The notes under the pieces are model-generated. The model ran no database searches. It was given only the letters and a program-made list of their open reading frames with translations, and was not told the DNA's origin. DNA of 64,000 nt from the human T2T-CHM13v2.0 reference genome, Homo sapiens: NCBI RefSeq assembly GCF_009914755.1, contig NC_060925.1; one strand, 5' to 3'. The translations under genes and the position numbers were made by a program. Shown one piece after another: positions 12,303 through 26,621 of the stretch; positions within the stretch are counted from its first letter, which is position 1, and every line of letters begins with the position of its first letter.

Positions 12303-12595
12303 TTTTTTTTTTGACAGAGTTTTGCTCTTGTTGCCCAGGCTGGAGTGCAGTGGCACAGTCTCGGCTCACTGCATCCTCCACCTCCCAGGTTCAAGTGATC
12401 TCCTCCTGCCTCAGCCTCCCAAGTAGCTGGGATTACAGGCGCCCGCCACCATACCCAGCTAATTTTTGTATTTTTAGTACAGATGGGGTTTCGCCATGTT
12501 GGCCAGGCTGGTCTTGAACTCCTGACCTCAGGTGATCCGCCCGCCTCAGCCTCCCAAAGTGCCGGGATTACAGGTGTGAGCCACCACACCTGGCC
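12303..12595 (-). mobile_element. AluS (Sq/Sp-like)
   Basis: TTGCTCTTGTTGCCCAGG, CTGACCTCAGGTGATCC. Confidence 0.92.
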
Positions 12596-12769
12596 TATCT
12601 TTCTTTTTATACTCACATTTCACTATTTTCTATATTTTTTATGTAATTACAATAAAGAGTACAGCCAGCACAGCACGTTTGGGGATAAACAGAGCTGATT
12701 CTCAGTACACATAGAACTCAATTGATGAAGCAAGAAGTGCATGGCAGCCTGGAGAGTAATGAGCACCTG

Positions 12770-12969
12770 TGGCCCGTGTGCTGGTGAATGCTCAGTGGTG
12801 GGGAGAAGGGTTGCTATGTCCTAGCACTTACCAGTTTCCATGGGGTAACCACTCCTGCCATGGATGACTTCCAGTTACCAGTGATTAAATAACCTAACTG
12901 GCTCAAAACCCTGAACGTTTAATAACTGGCTCCCCCCTAGTGGGCACGGGTGACTCTAGCACACCACTG
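12770..12969. mobile_element. MER63A-like hAT DNA transposon
   Basis: GTGTGCTGGTGAATG left end, CCATGGATGACTTCCAGTTACCA, CTAGCACACCACTG right end. Confidence 0.7.
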
Positions 12970-13615
12970 CCTACTGCCTTCCAGTGTTGAGCAGAGGACG
13001 GCCTCTGGCGCTGGCTTATGCAACTCCTTAAAGACCAGTTAAGGGAGTGTCTAAAAATCAGCATATCTCAGCCATAATTGGTCTTCACTCAGCCACCAGC
13101 TCCTCCTCCTTTGTGTTTCTAATTCCTGCTCCCTGGGGATGGCGGACTCTCTCGCTTCTTCCAGCCAATTCCCGTTCTGCTGTGGTCATCCTGCTGTCCC
13201 TACCAGGCCTGCCCACTCAGGCAGCCCTTTTAACTCTCCTGGCTTTTTATTCTTCCTACAGAACTCCTCTGTTCTGTGTCCCAGCCCTTTCGGGACCCAC
13301 TAGGCTTTTGGCTGACTAATTTAATCAGCATTTTCAGCCGAGGTGTTGGCTTACAAAGGCTTCATTACCTCCAAGCCTGGAGGACAGGCTGACTCATGTG
13401 GGCGGTTTGGGTCTCAGAGCATCCGTCGCTCAAATCCTCATGCCTGTGGTTGTCTCTATTGATGGGTACAGCCAGCTCTGATTGCTGGGAAAATAGTTTC
13501 TAGATCCAGCCACTGTTCTTCTTGTCACCTGAGGGCATTGCCTGATGGAGGGACTCTAGAGTTGGGAGTACAGGAGTGGCAGGGGTCAGAGTGGGACTGC
13601 AGATTCTTGGCATCC

Positions 13616-13839
13616 TTTTTTTTTTTTTTTTTTTTGAGACAGGGTCTTGCTCTGCCACCCAGGCTGGAGTGCAGTGGTGCAGTCTTGGCTCACTGCAACC
13701 TCGATCTCCTGGGCTCAAGTGAGTCTCTCACTTCAGCCTCCTGAGTAGCTGGGACCACAGGAGTACATCACCATGCCTGGCTAATTAAAAAAAAAATTTT
13801 TTTTTGGAGAGTTGGGGTCTTCATGTGTTCCCCAGGCTG
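13616..13839 (-). mobile_element. AluJ, 5'-truncated
   Basis: Poly-T, GAGACAGGGTCTTGCTCTG right arm, linker, stops early in the left arm at CCCCAGGCTG. Confidence 0.9.
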
Positions 13840-13870
13840 TTGGCATCCCACAAGAGTGGGATGGCTGTTG

Positions 13871-13903
13871 GCTAGTACCATTCTGACGCACAGCAGAGAA
13901 GTT
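13871..13903 (+). repeat. Dispersed 33-bp direct repeat, copy 1 (partner 15193-15225)
   Basis: GCTAGTACCATTCTGA(C/T)GCACAGCAGAGAAGTT, 32/33 identical. Confidence 0.95.
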
Positions 13904-15192
13904 TGTCTGAGCTTTGATGCTTTTGATTCTACTCAAAAGGTGGTTTTTGGAGTCAGAAATGTTTATGACTGTGTCTCTACACATCGTTTGAAATTTTTTA
14001 TTGTTAAAAAATGTGTGTCCCGGTGCGCTAGATGAATAGCAGCCTGTTTGCTTTTGCAAACATACACTCCACACCCTGAGTGGGGAATATGGTTTGGTGG
14101 CACCAGAACCATTTGTGTGTCAGGGACTGAGGCAGGAGACCTTGATGGAAGGGAGGGAAACACAACGGGAACCTTGCCATTGAGAGGCTCCGAATACAAA
14201 CCCATTTGTATAACAAGCTGTGTTTGTCAGAAGACGAGCTGACTTCAGAAGCTGATTTTTATGCTGAAGAGTAGCGTGCGGCATGTGTAATGAACAGAGT
14301 TTATCTTTGTGTGGGATGAGAAATAATTTGCTAAGCCAGTAACTCCTGTATTTCCCGGATACCCGTGCAGTTCACATGCAGCCTGGGGTCTGGAGAGCAG
14401 GAATCGCCTTAATTCACAGAGCTCTCCAAGGACCCCTGATGTCAGTTCAGATTTCAGAAATTAAAGGATTAAATGCTTTCTGTGTTCTCTGAAGACTTGC
14501 TAGCACTTGATCTGTTTCATTAAAACGACTCCTTTGGTGCAGTCTCTCCCCAAAACCAATCAAGAGCCACTGCGGCACTGCTGAAACCCCACCTTTCTGT
14601 CCAGCTGTTGTCTAAGCCCGAACCCAGATGAACACCAGTGCAGAGGGTGTTGGAGAATCCTCAAGAGGTCAACATGAGTATTGTATTAAACATGAGAGAC
14701 ACAAACCACAGGGCTCCTAACCTCCCCATACCCCTCCTCTTGCCGAAACTAATATAATCCCTGGAAAGGACAGCAGTGAACAGCGGGGGGCATCATTTTT
14801 ATTTCTGTCCTGCCAAATCGGAGTTCTGGATAGTTAACATGGAAGAACCCCTGAGCCGAAAACATACAGAAGAATGCTTGTTATTGGCAAGAAATCCTGT
14901 TGTTATTAAGTTACTCTGCGATCTCTCTTCTGGGCTAATTGGTGGGTAGAGTGGGCAGGATGAGGAAGAGGGCTTAGGAGAGGCCTCTTGATGCCAGACT
15001 AGACAAGACTGAATTTCTACCTTTGGAGAATCAGGGCATCTGATATAACAATACAACAGTAACAAAGGATTCAGCTGCTGTTAATGGGAGACTTCCTTGC
15101 AGACTTTCTCACCTGGGGTTTCATAAGAGAATTAAGCCGTACAGAAAATGATGTGCGTGGCCTTTTCTCAGTCCTTCTGAGGATGGTGCATA

Positions 15193-15225
15193 GCTAGTAC
15201 CATTCTGATGCACAGCAGAGAAGTT
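15193..15225 (+). repeat. Dispersed 33-bp direct repeat, copy 2
   Basis: Matches 13871-13903. Confidence 0.95.
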
Positions 15226-15304
15226 AGTTTGTCACCATGGATACCTGTGGGCCAAGTTAGGGCTGAACTCCCCCAAGGAACCCTCATGAGAACCTTTCGA
15301 CCAA

Positions 15305-15455
15305 CTGTCACATTTAATCCTTACAACCACCCCGAGATAGGTATAATTATTATCACCATTCTACAGATGAGGAAACCGAGGCTGAGTAACTGGCTCAAGA
15401 TCACACAGATGGCAAATGGAGGAATGAGGACCAGAACTCAGATCTGTCTAACTTG
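15305..15455 (-). mobile_element. MIR
   Basis: CATTTAATCCTTACAACCACCC...ACAGATGAGGAAACCGAGGCT. Confidence 0.88.
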
Positions 15456-16021
15456 GTGTTAGTTATCTGTTCCTCTGTAACAAATTACCCCACACTGAGT
15501 GGCATAACACAACACATGATCCTTATCTCACAGTTTCTGAGGGTCAGGAACCCAGGCCTGGCTTAGCTGTGTTCTCTGCTTCAATGTCCCTCATGAAGCT
15601 GCAGTCAAAGTGTCAGTTGAGGCTACGGTCTCATAGGAAGGCTTGGCTAAGGCAGGACTGGTGTCCAAGCTCACATAGGCCTGGCAGGGTTCAATTCCTC
15701 ACAGGTTGTTGGACAGGGGCCTCAGTTCCGTGCTGGCTGTGGGTGGAGACCACCTTTAGTTCCTGGACATGTGGGCCCTTCAAGGTGGCTGCTTGCTTCA
15801 TCAGAGCCAGCAGGGGAGAGAGAGCCTGCTAGCAAGATGGACGTTCCTGCTGGCCGTATGTGAACAAATCACAGAAGTACTATCCCATTGCCTTTGCCGT
15901 TCTGTTGGTGAGAAGCAAAGCTCACATTCTGCCCACATTTGGGGGCCAAGGGACTGCACCAGGGTATGGAGCCCAAGAGGTAGGGATAACGCAGGGGGGA
16001 TCTTAGGCTCTCCCCACCACA
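15456..16021 (-). mobile_element. MLT1F-like MaLR solo LTR
   Basis: TGTTAGTTATCTGTTCCTCTGTAACAAATTACCCCACACTGAGTGGC...CCCCACCACA. Confidence 0.82.
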
Positions 16022-16556
16022 GATCCCAAAGCCCATGCTCAGGCCTTGCTGCCTCCCTTTGTGGAGTAGGAAAGACCCAACTGGATGATGATTCAAGGAT
16101 CCTCCCTATGGGTCAAGAGGTTTAATCGCACTGCCTGCTTTGAGGTGATACAGTTTTCATTGTCTGCTACATCTCTGATGTTATCAGGGATGGAATTAAA
16201 ATCTCAGAGCCACACTTGTGATTAAGGTATCATTAATCATTTCATAAAGTTATCTTTCAAAGAGAGTCGGCCTTCAGCAGAGATGTCAGGGCCAGGGTTG
16301 TTTTGCAGAAGTGCTCTCACTTGTGGCAACTAAGAAGAGCCAGCAATTCTGCCAGTGGTATCTAGCCTCTGTACTGCCTCCTAGGGGCCTGGTGGCCACA
16401 AATGGAGGAAAATAAAATCTTCCAAGAGAAGCTGCATCAACCACATTACCTGGAGGATCGAATATGGCATGAAGCAGAGCTCTGTGTGCATTTCTGGCCA
16501 CCAAGTGACCCTGGCTTTTTGCCAGGGCTGGCCGAGGACTGGGTTTAAATGGAAAG

Positions 16557-16610
16557 GAACATGAGCTATGTGTGTAACTGAAAGAACATGAGCTATGTGT
16601 GTAATTGAAA
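16557..16610 (+). repeat. 27-bp tandem duplication
   Basis: GAACATGAGCTATGTGTGTAA(C/T)TGAAA x2. Confidence 0.95.
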
Positions 16611-18149
16611 GGCCCCGTGGGATCCCAGTAGGGCATTCTGATGGGTGCTATAGACAGTCATAAAAAATAAGTTACAATTTCCGATACACAATGGGTGGAT
16701 AAGATGGATCAAATCAAACTCTAATGTGGTCATAAGTGAGATGTTCCAGTGAAGGGAATGTTCTGGTTGCTAGAGAACAGCCACACACTTTCCCACAGAA
16801 ATGGTCAGTCACAAAAGAACTGGAGAACTCTTGCGGTCATGGGTGAAGTGCATGGAGGCACACATAACAGGAGAGCTGTGATAACTGACCATTACTGCAC
16901 TTTTCTCAGATAATTCAGTAGGCACTGATGGGCTATGGGGAGGTCAGATCACCTCAGTGCCCAGGGGGTCTCTGGAAAGAACAAGGCAGGGTTCTGCTCT
17001 TCCACTGTGCCTGCTGAGGTAGGGTACACAGCCCGAGACGGGAGCTGGCACGGCGAGTTCTGGCAGCCCTCCAGAGCATTCCCTAGACTTGGCTGTTGGT
17101 GCTGAGGCCTGGCTGGGGACCCACAGTGGAGCAGGGAGAGCCGCGAGGGGGGTGCCACGTGGCTCTTTGGGAGTGACTCTGTGTCCTGAGTCTTATGGGC
17201 ATCTGGCAGGGTGAGAGGCTGGGTTCTAGGGGAGGGCACTGCCTTTGACCCTCTTCCTCTCTCTGATGTCACCTTCTCCTTGGGGCTCCTATGGCTTGTC
17301 AGTCACTCCCCCTGGCTCCTCATCCCTCAGGGCATAGGAAAGGCCCTTGGGAATGCCGGCCTGCAGAGCAGGGATGGGCTTGAGGCTGTTTCCGGGAAAG
17401 GCCATGGAGTGTTCTGGGCTCTGTGAGTGTCCGAGGGGAAGCTGGTGGTACTGTGCACGCTCCTCTCGCCCTCCCTGTCCCTAAACAGGACTTCTTCCTC
17501 CTTCCACCCTTGCCCTGTTCTTCTTTTAGAAGCATATTAACCTGTCCCCACTGTCCCTGTCATCCCTGTCTTCCTCTTGCCCCCGCCTTGAGCTTTATTG
17601 GGACATGCCAGATTATATTTGCACAGCCACGTGCACCCCAGGGATGAGTGAGAAGCCACCCCCACCCCTAAGAGCTCCAGGTCTGGAGGAAGAAATGGAG
17701 ACAGCTCACGGAGTGAAATGTAAGGAGTGTGCATATTCGTAGGGGGTGCCTGGCGATCAGAGCACTTTAGGGGATATTTGAATGGATGGTCCCTGAAAGT
17801 GCAGTGGACAGACGGGAGGACACGTGCCCCTGAGGGATGGCATGTAACAAGCAGCAGAGCAGGCAGGCACTTCGGGTGCCGTTCTGTCCACCAGCATGCC
17901 GTCTGAGCATAACTTCCCCTCTGCAACAGGGCTTATTTCCTAGCCAAGTCAGCTCTCAGGAAAGTGTCTGCAGGTAAGGCTGATGGAAGCTCAGGGCTTC
18001 CTTCCTCAGGGCTGTTGTTGCTGAGTGTGGCTCCACGTCTGATGCTGGAGTGCAAGGCCGCCCCACCCTGCGCCTCCCATGCCCATCTTCACTCCGCAGC
18101 CTCCCTGCTGCTGAAGCCAGAAGCTTGGTGTCGCCCGAGTCTCCTCTCT

Positions 18150-18400
18150 CCCTCCATCACACCTGCCTGGATGCTCTTCTGTCTTGCAGACATCACAGTG
18201 GCCCTCACTGGTCTCCCTTTTATACCCATCCCCAGCCATTCTCCCTCTAGAAGTCAAGGCGCTCTGTAAAAGTGTGTCTGCCCATGTCACATTCCTGTCG
18301 AAGCCCTGGAGGACTCCCAGCTCTTCTGGGATGAAACTCAAGATCCAAACGTGGTCTGCAAGCCCTGCACACACGTGGGGCTCCGGGCCATCTTGCCAGC
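18150..18400 (+). mobile_element. L2 fragment
   Basis: CCTCACTGGTCTCCC...CCATGTCACATTCCTG...AAACTCAAGATCCAAAC. Confidence 0.55.
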
Positions 18401-18439
18401 CAGCATGATGGTTGGGCACCACGTGAGTTTCCAGGAGCT

Positions 18440-18820
18440 GACCTGACAAGTTTCCACATCTGGGTAGCTTCAACAATAACCATTTCTTGCCTCATGGTTC
18501 TGGAGGCCAGAAGCCTGTTTCCCTCTTTGGCTTGAGAAGGAAGCTCTGTTTCATACCTAGCTTCTGGTACCCTCAGGTGTTCCTTGGCCTGTCGGTGGCT
18601 GTCTCTTTCTCGTGTCTTCATGTCATCTTCCCTTTGAATGTGTCTGCCTCCGTGTCCAATTCTCCCTCTCCATAAGGATGCCAGTCATCTTGGAATAGGG
18701 CCACCCTAATGATCTCGTCTTGTCTTGATCATCCGCGAAGACCCTATTTCTCAATGTCCCATTCACAGGTACTGGGGTGGGACTCTAACATATTTGGGGA
18801 CACCATTCATCCTATAGTAG
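18440..18820 (-). mobile_element. MLT1B/C MaLR solo LTR
   Basis: TGGTTCTGGAGGCCAGAAG, CATAAGGATGCCAGTCAT, GACCCTATTTC, GGGGACACCATTCATCCTATA. Confidence 0.8.
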
Positions 18821-19699
18821 GTGCCACGTCTGCTGCGTGCCCCTGCCCTCTCCACACCTGCTCTCTGCCCTTGTGTGAGTGTGCCAGGCTCTTTCTCACC
18901 GCTCGCCTTCACCCAGGCACATGTGGCAGTCCCTCTGCTTTGGATAAGCCCTGGGCACCCAGCCTGGGTAGTACCTTGGCCCCTCTGAGCCCTGGTCACT
19001 GCCCTCACTCCCGATTCCTTCATTGGGGATGCCTGTTCTGGCCCTTGACTTGTTTGGAGAGCCCTGTTGTCACCCCCACAGCCCCTCAATTCTCCTTTGT
19101 GGTATTTTCCTCCACAGCCTGACCCATTCACTGCCAAGTCCCTTTGAGGGCACAGTGAGAACCAAGGCCTTGCAGAGGGAGAGGTCTGTGGGGTTGCATC
19201 CAAGTCCAAGGGCAGCCAGGGGAGGTGGCTGTGGGCTTCACGGGGAAAGTGTCTCATGGGGTTGACCCAAGGGAGTGAACTTGGGCTGGACGTTCCCATG
19301 AGAATGTCACCCCACAGCTTCTCAGCTGCAGGAATGCGTCTTGGCCAGAGGTGGGTTGGGCTTGGGGGCACAGATGTCTCACCTCGCAGCTATAGTGGTG
19401 TTTCCAGGTAGCCTGCTGGGTGCCTTGTCATTCTCCGCATTTGTCACTGGGTCCCAGTGAGTGACTCTACTGAGTGGGAGAGACTGAAGCAGCGTCTCAG
19501 GTCTGCCCTTGGCAACAAGCTGTTCTGGCTGGGGCCCTCTTCTGTGTTCTGTGCTCTTTTCCCTCTCCTGGGACGAATCTCCTCCCTCCCAGACACCTGT
19601 CCCCTGTTGCGTTCCCACCGTAGGTGCTACCGACGGGTGCAGCATCCTCCCTGCACACACACTGTCCCTCCCGTTGTGGAAGCAAATTCCCTGCTAGAA

Positions 19700-19965
19700 T
19701 ATTCTATCCCGCCTTCGAGGCCTGGATCAAATGTTACCTCCTTTCTGATGCTTTTCTCCACATTTGCAATCAGAGTACGTCATTCCTTCTTTGCCAGGAA
19801 TGTCATGCGCCATGTGGATGGCCCTTCTGCAATGGGAACTCGTGCCCTAGACGCTTATCCTCTATCTGCCCCTCGCTTGACTATAAAGTCCTTGAAGTCA
19901 GGACTGATGTGCTGATCAATACTTTATATTCCAGATGGGGGATGCCCAATGGATTTGCTGACTGA
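19700..19965 (+). mobile_element. L2 3' fragment (degenerate)
   Basis: CAAATGTTACCTCCT...GACTATAAAGTCCTTGAAGTCAGGAC. Confidence 0.55.
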
Positions 19966-20611
19966 TCTTTCTGGCTCTGCCGTCAGGAAACGTTAAGCAG
20001 ATTCCTTGAAGTTTAGGGTCATGGGTCTCGTTCTTGAGTCCCCACGGCGAAGCACGGCGCTGACAGCAGGAGATGGCTTAGTAGGTGTGCATGGGACGAA
20101 TGAACTTGTTAGCTGAGAAGATTTAACGTCGCCCTCCCCAAGTTTTCTGCAATTTAGTGGTGAACTCTTAAAGAACAAAGATTTTAAGCACTAGATAAAT
20201 ACCATTTTATTCGTGGAAGCCTAGAGAAGTGGGAGTCAGGAAGGGGAAGGGAGGAGATTTTGTCGGGGGAAGTTTTCCCAGTGCCCTTAAATCCACTCTA
20301 AGTGCCGTCTCTGCTCTGTCCTCCTAGCTGTGAGCACCCAGGGAGCTCCGAGCCTGGTTTCTGTCATCAGATTGAATATCTGATTTGTAAGAAGTGGAAA
20401 GTCCCCATCTGTTGTCCCTGCTCCCTGAGTAGAGTTCCAGGAAGCAACGCCTCTGCATCTACACCGTGTTAAGATGGAGGAGGGCACGCTGAGCCAAGCA
20501 TGGGAATCAATCTCTGACCACTTGAATGGGGCTGCCCTTCCTCCAGGTCACCCTCCTCCACGTCAGCCTGGGGGACACTAGAAGTTCAAATGGATCTAAG
20601 GGAGCAGACTG

Positions 20612-21130
20612 TATTCATTCATTCATTCACTCACTCCCTCATTCATCCATTCATCAGGTGTTGGTTGAGCCCCTCCTGTGTCCCAGATGCCATGCTGGGT
20701 GATGGGGAGACAGAAGTAGATAGGACCAGTTCCTGCAATGTGAAAGTTCGGAGTGATTGCAATAGAGCCAAACAGACCGTGTGTTCAAGGTCAGCCCAGA
20801 GACCATGATGGGTGGCATAAAACATGGCAGTTGCTTACCCATCCATAGGCACCTACGGAAACACTTCCTGGAGTAAGGGACAAATAAGCAGAGGCCCCAA
20901 GGAGGAGTAGGAACTCACCAGCCAGTGGGAAGGTGGAGGAGGGACAAGGGCATTTCAGGTGGGAAACAGGATTGCAGAGGCTAGAGGAAGGAGAGCTGGC
21001 CCCGGGGCGACTGGGGGCTGGCGGTTCAGCAGGAGCAGCATGTAGGGTGAGAGGGGCTGAAGGTTGAGGGAACAGGCCCCTGAGGGCCTCATACATCACC
21101 CAACCTGAGGAATTTGGGCTTTGACCTGAA
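20612..21130 (-). mobile_element. L2 3' region
   Basis: (CATT)n tail, GTTGAGCCCCTCCTGTGTCCCAGATGCCATGCTGGG, GAGGAATTTGGGCTTTGACCTGA. Confidence 0.75.
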
Positions 21131-21209
21131 GTGAAATCACGGGACAGAGGTTCCAGGGGTCCCTCCTTTCCATCTCTCCTCCCCAAAGCCTCAAAGCCCC
21201 AACGCCCAG

Positions 21210-21577
21210 TGTGTTAGTCCATCTTTATGCTGCTGATAGAGACAGGCCTGAGACTGGGTAATTTATAAAGAAAAAGAGGTTTGAGGTTTTAATGAACTGA
21301 CAGTTCCACATGGCTGGGGAGGCCTCAAACTCACAGTCATGGCAGAAGGTGAAGAGAGAGAATGAGGTAAGAGAGAGAATGAGAGCCAAGTGAAAGGGGA
21401 AACCACGTATAAAACCATCAGATTCCATGAGACTTTTTCACTACCATGAGAACAGTATGGGGGAAGCTGCCCCCATGATTCAGGTATCTCCCACTGGGTC
21501 CCTCCCACAACACTGGGGAATGATGGGAACTACAATTCAAGATGAGATTTGGGTGGGGACACAGCTGAACCATGTCA
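21210..21577 (-). mobile_element. THE1B MaLR solo LTR
   Basis: TG...CA ends, CAATTCAAGATGAGATTTGGGTGGGGACACAG; 5-bp TSD CCCAG. Confidence 0.92.
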
Positions 21578-22000
21578 CCCAGCAGTCCCGCAAACCTAAC
21601 AAATGCCTGCCTGTCTTCACCTCAGATGGAACGGCCCTGATTCAGCTTTCCCCATCCGTGCCTTCTACCCCCTCCCTAATTCAATCTGCTGCAAGCCTCT
21701 TTCCAGGCAGCTAATGACACAAGGGTGTTTAATTCTGAACTCTGCAATCTCAAAAGATTAAATAATGGATTTTGTGATCTGCCAGGCTCTTTCCTGGATA
21801 GAATGATAAGATATCAATTGGAAAAATTTAAATATTGATGAGTTTTAACTTTTGTATTGATTGGGCAGTGACATATTTTAAATAATGATTCACATTAAAA
21901 ATACAAGGGTTCCTATTGATCATGCAGCATCTGGTTGTATTAAAATAATGAATAATCTTTAGAACTTACTATGCTTTTAACATTTTGTTTTTCCTAGTAG

Positions 22001-22393
<393 letters not shown>

Positions 22394-22572
22394 CAGGACT
22401 GCCACTTCTTTGTAGGGTCAGGCAGCATGGGGCCTGGGAGACAGGGGGCTGAGCCCGCAGACGTGGGGCTAGCCGAGCAGCTGGGCACTATGCAACCCCA
22501 GGGGAATTCTCTGATTGTTCAGCTTTTTCTGGGTGCTTGTGGCTCCAGGGGTGAAGGGAAGGCCAGAGGGGC

Positions 22573-22596
22573 TTTTTTTTTTTTTTTTTTTTTTTT
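22573..22596. repeat. Isolated poly-T tract (about 24 nt)
   Basis: Not attached to a recognisable SINE/LINE. Confidence 0.9.
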
Positions 22597-22846
22597 GCTA
22601 GCCGGAAGCCGTTCCTTTAGGATCTACGATGGGAAGTCTTCAACCGTTGCACCCAGGGACCTTGCTCACCCTCCTTGAAGTCACCTTTACTCCTCTTGCT
22701 TGGACTTCTGACCATGTTGTCTCAAAGTTTCCAGGCTGTCTCTTCATCTGCACTGTTACAATCCTGACTTTCTTCACTCATCGCTAAAAATATTTCCCTA
22801 GGGCCCTCAAGGAGTCTCAAGACTCAGGCAGTTAATGGGAGTGGAA

Positions 22847-22860
22847 CTGCCACCTGCTGG
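22847..22860 (-). promoter_or_regulatory. CTCF core motif
   Basis: Minus strand CCAGCAGGTGGCAG fits CCASYAGRKGGCRS exactly. Confidence 0.6.
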
Positions 22861-22894
22861 TGTTGATATGTGCCGGTCACCTTGCCAGCCTCTT

Positions 22895-23950
22895 CGCATT
22901 CATTCACCCTGCATCCGTCATTCATTCACCCAGTGCAGATTTATTAAACTGACTCCGTGCCAAGCAGGCACGATGCTTGTCCATAGGAAGCTTAGAATGT
23001 AGAAGGGGACAGATGTTAACAAACAGTTAATGCTTGACTATTAATTCCAAGTGTGATAGAACCGGCACAGGAAACAGGCAAGAGGACCTAGCCTCATCAA
23101 GGGTGACATGCAGGAAACCGCTAACCTAGCAGGCCTGTTGGTTGTCCTCAGAAAGCCCTCAGGCCTATCCTTAGGAAGGCCTCTTGCAACTTTGGCTCTT
23201 GGCTGGTGTCCAGGAACTTGATTGGTAAACCGTTCTCTATTCTGACATAAAACCTTCACTAAAGGATTAGAGCGGCTCACAGTGCCTAAACTGCTTGTAC
23301 AAACCATGCCGTTTATGCCGAGCACTGGCTTTCCTTCTTGGGGTGTGGAATTTTGGTATGTGCTAAGCAGAGGATGCCTACATGACCCCCAGCAGAGCCC
23401 TGGGTGCCGAGTCTCTGATGAGCTTCCCTGGCAGACAGCACTTTGTGAGTGTATCACACCCTGTTGCTAGAGGAATCAAGTGCGTCCGGTGTGACTCCCC
23501 TGGGAGAGTAGCCTTGAAGCCTGTGCCCGGTTTCCCCCTACCTCGCCCATGTGCCCTTCCCTTGGCTCATTTTTCTGTCTCCTTTTGCTATAATAAGTCT
23601 TCACCATGAGTACAACCATGTGCTGGGTCCTGTGAGTCCTTTCAGTGACTCACCAAACCTGGGGATGGTCTTGGGGTTCCCCAACACGGGTGGCCAGGGA
23701 AGGCCTCCCTGCTGAGGTGACATTTAGCTAACACCTTAAGGAACAGTAGGTGTGAGATAGCAGGTGTTAGAAAGCATCCTTGGCAAATCCAAGAGCTTGT
23801 GCAAAGGTCCTGAGGTAGCAACAGAAACAGGGTTGAGTGGTCAGGGCTGTTGGTTTGGAGGATTCGGTGTGAGATGGGCTAAGAAAAGTCAGATCATGTC
23901 AGGCCTTTTAGCCATGGTAAGGAATTTGGGTTACCTTATTTCTAACTTTT
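22895..23950 (-). mobile_element. L2 3' region interrupted by MER68
   Basis: CATTCATTCA tail; CAGGGAAGGCCTCCC...GAGGTGACATTT...TGCAAAGGTCCTGAGG. Confidence 0.7.
23107..23688 (+). mobile_element. MER68 (ERVL) solo LTR
   Basis: GCGGCTCACAGTGCCTAAACTG, GGAATTTTGGTATGTGCTA, AACCTGGGGATGGTCTTGGGG; TSD GGTGA/GGTGG. Confidence 0.8.
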
Positions 23951-23970
23951 ACAGAAGCCCTACAAAGTAG

Positions 23971-24606
<636 letters not shown>

Positions 24607-24819
24607 TAGAAAGCCTGGGTTCTTTCCATCAGACCTTGTTACAGACCAAGACAGGACTTGAGCCTTCCCGAGAAAGGTTACCGAGAACACTCAAGCCAGG
24701 TTGCTGTCTCTCTCTCCTTTTCCTCTGGGTCTGCTCTGTCTCCAGGACTCACTGCTTTAGAATAGTACCATGTTCTGTCACCACTGAGGGGAGGGGGAGC
24801 GTTTTGTGACCAAGAGTCT

Positions 24820-24950
24820 TATCCCAGGTGTCAGAAGTTCTGCGCTGGAATCTTAGCTGTGTGAGGTTCTTACTCCAGGCAATACACTTAATTCCTTTTT
24901 GCCTCAGCTTTTGTATCTGTGAAATGGAGACATTAATAGTGCTTAATTTG
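24820..24950 (+). mobile_element. MIR
   Basis: GCCTCAGCTTTTGTATCTGTGAAATGGAGACATTAATAGT. Confidence 0.7.
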
Positions 24951-25232
24951 TTCATTTATAGTTTTATCAAGATGTAATTGATGTAAATAAACTGTATTTA
25001 GAGTGTACAATTTGATGAGTTTTGACATCTGTATATATTCATGAAACCACTACCACGATCAAGATAGTAACACATTCATCACCCTAAAAGTTTCCTTGTG
25101 CCTTGTGTAACTCATCCCTTCTGTCCCTCTCCCATCTCTAGACAACCACTTACCTGTTTTCTGTCACTATGGATTAGTATGCGTTTTCTAGCATTTTATA
25201 AGTATGATATCAGACAATAGTTGTTCTTTTAG

Positions 25233-25844
<612 letters not shown>

Positions 25845-26224
25845 TGAAACCATCAAAGTATTTTCCTATGTGATTTTTGTGTCATTTTACTTTTCTTCCA
25901 GCAGTGTATGTGAGAGTTCCCTTTGCTTCACATTCTTGCTAACCCTGGGGTGGTCAGTTTATTTACTTATTTAAAAATTTTTAGCTAATCTAGTGTATGT
26001 GTGGACGCATCTCTAATGACGGATGATGCTGACAGTCCTATAAACACACTCTTCCCATATATCTGTTCTCAAGAGCTGATAATCTCTCCAACTGTTTGTC
26101 TGTTTGCTATCCATATATCTCTCTTCTGCAATGAAGTACATATTCCAATCTTTTGCCTCTTTAAAAAATTGGAATGTATTCCTATTACTGAGTTGTAAAA
26201 GTTCTTTGCATATTTTAGATATGA

Positions 26225-26621
<397 letters not shown>

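Noticed and set aside
12929-12943. CTCF-like CCACTAGGGGGGAG (minus strand)
   Set aside because: Mismatch at a key conserved C and lies within a MER63A remnant
16440-16560. Possible minus-strand exon ending at CAG/GTAATG (about 16449)
   Set aside because: No convincing acceptor or recognisable peptide
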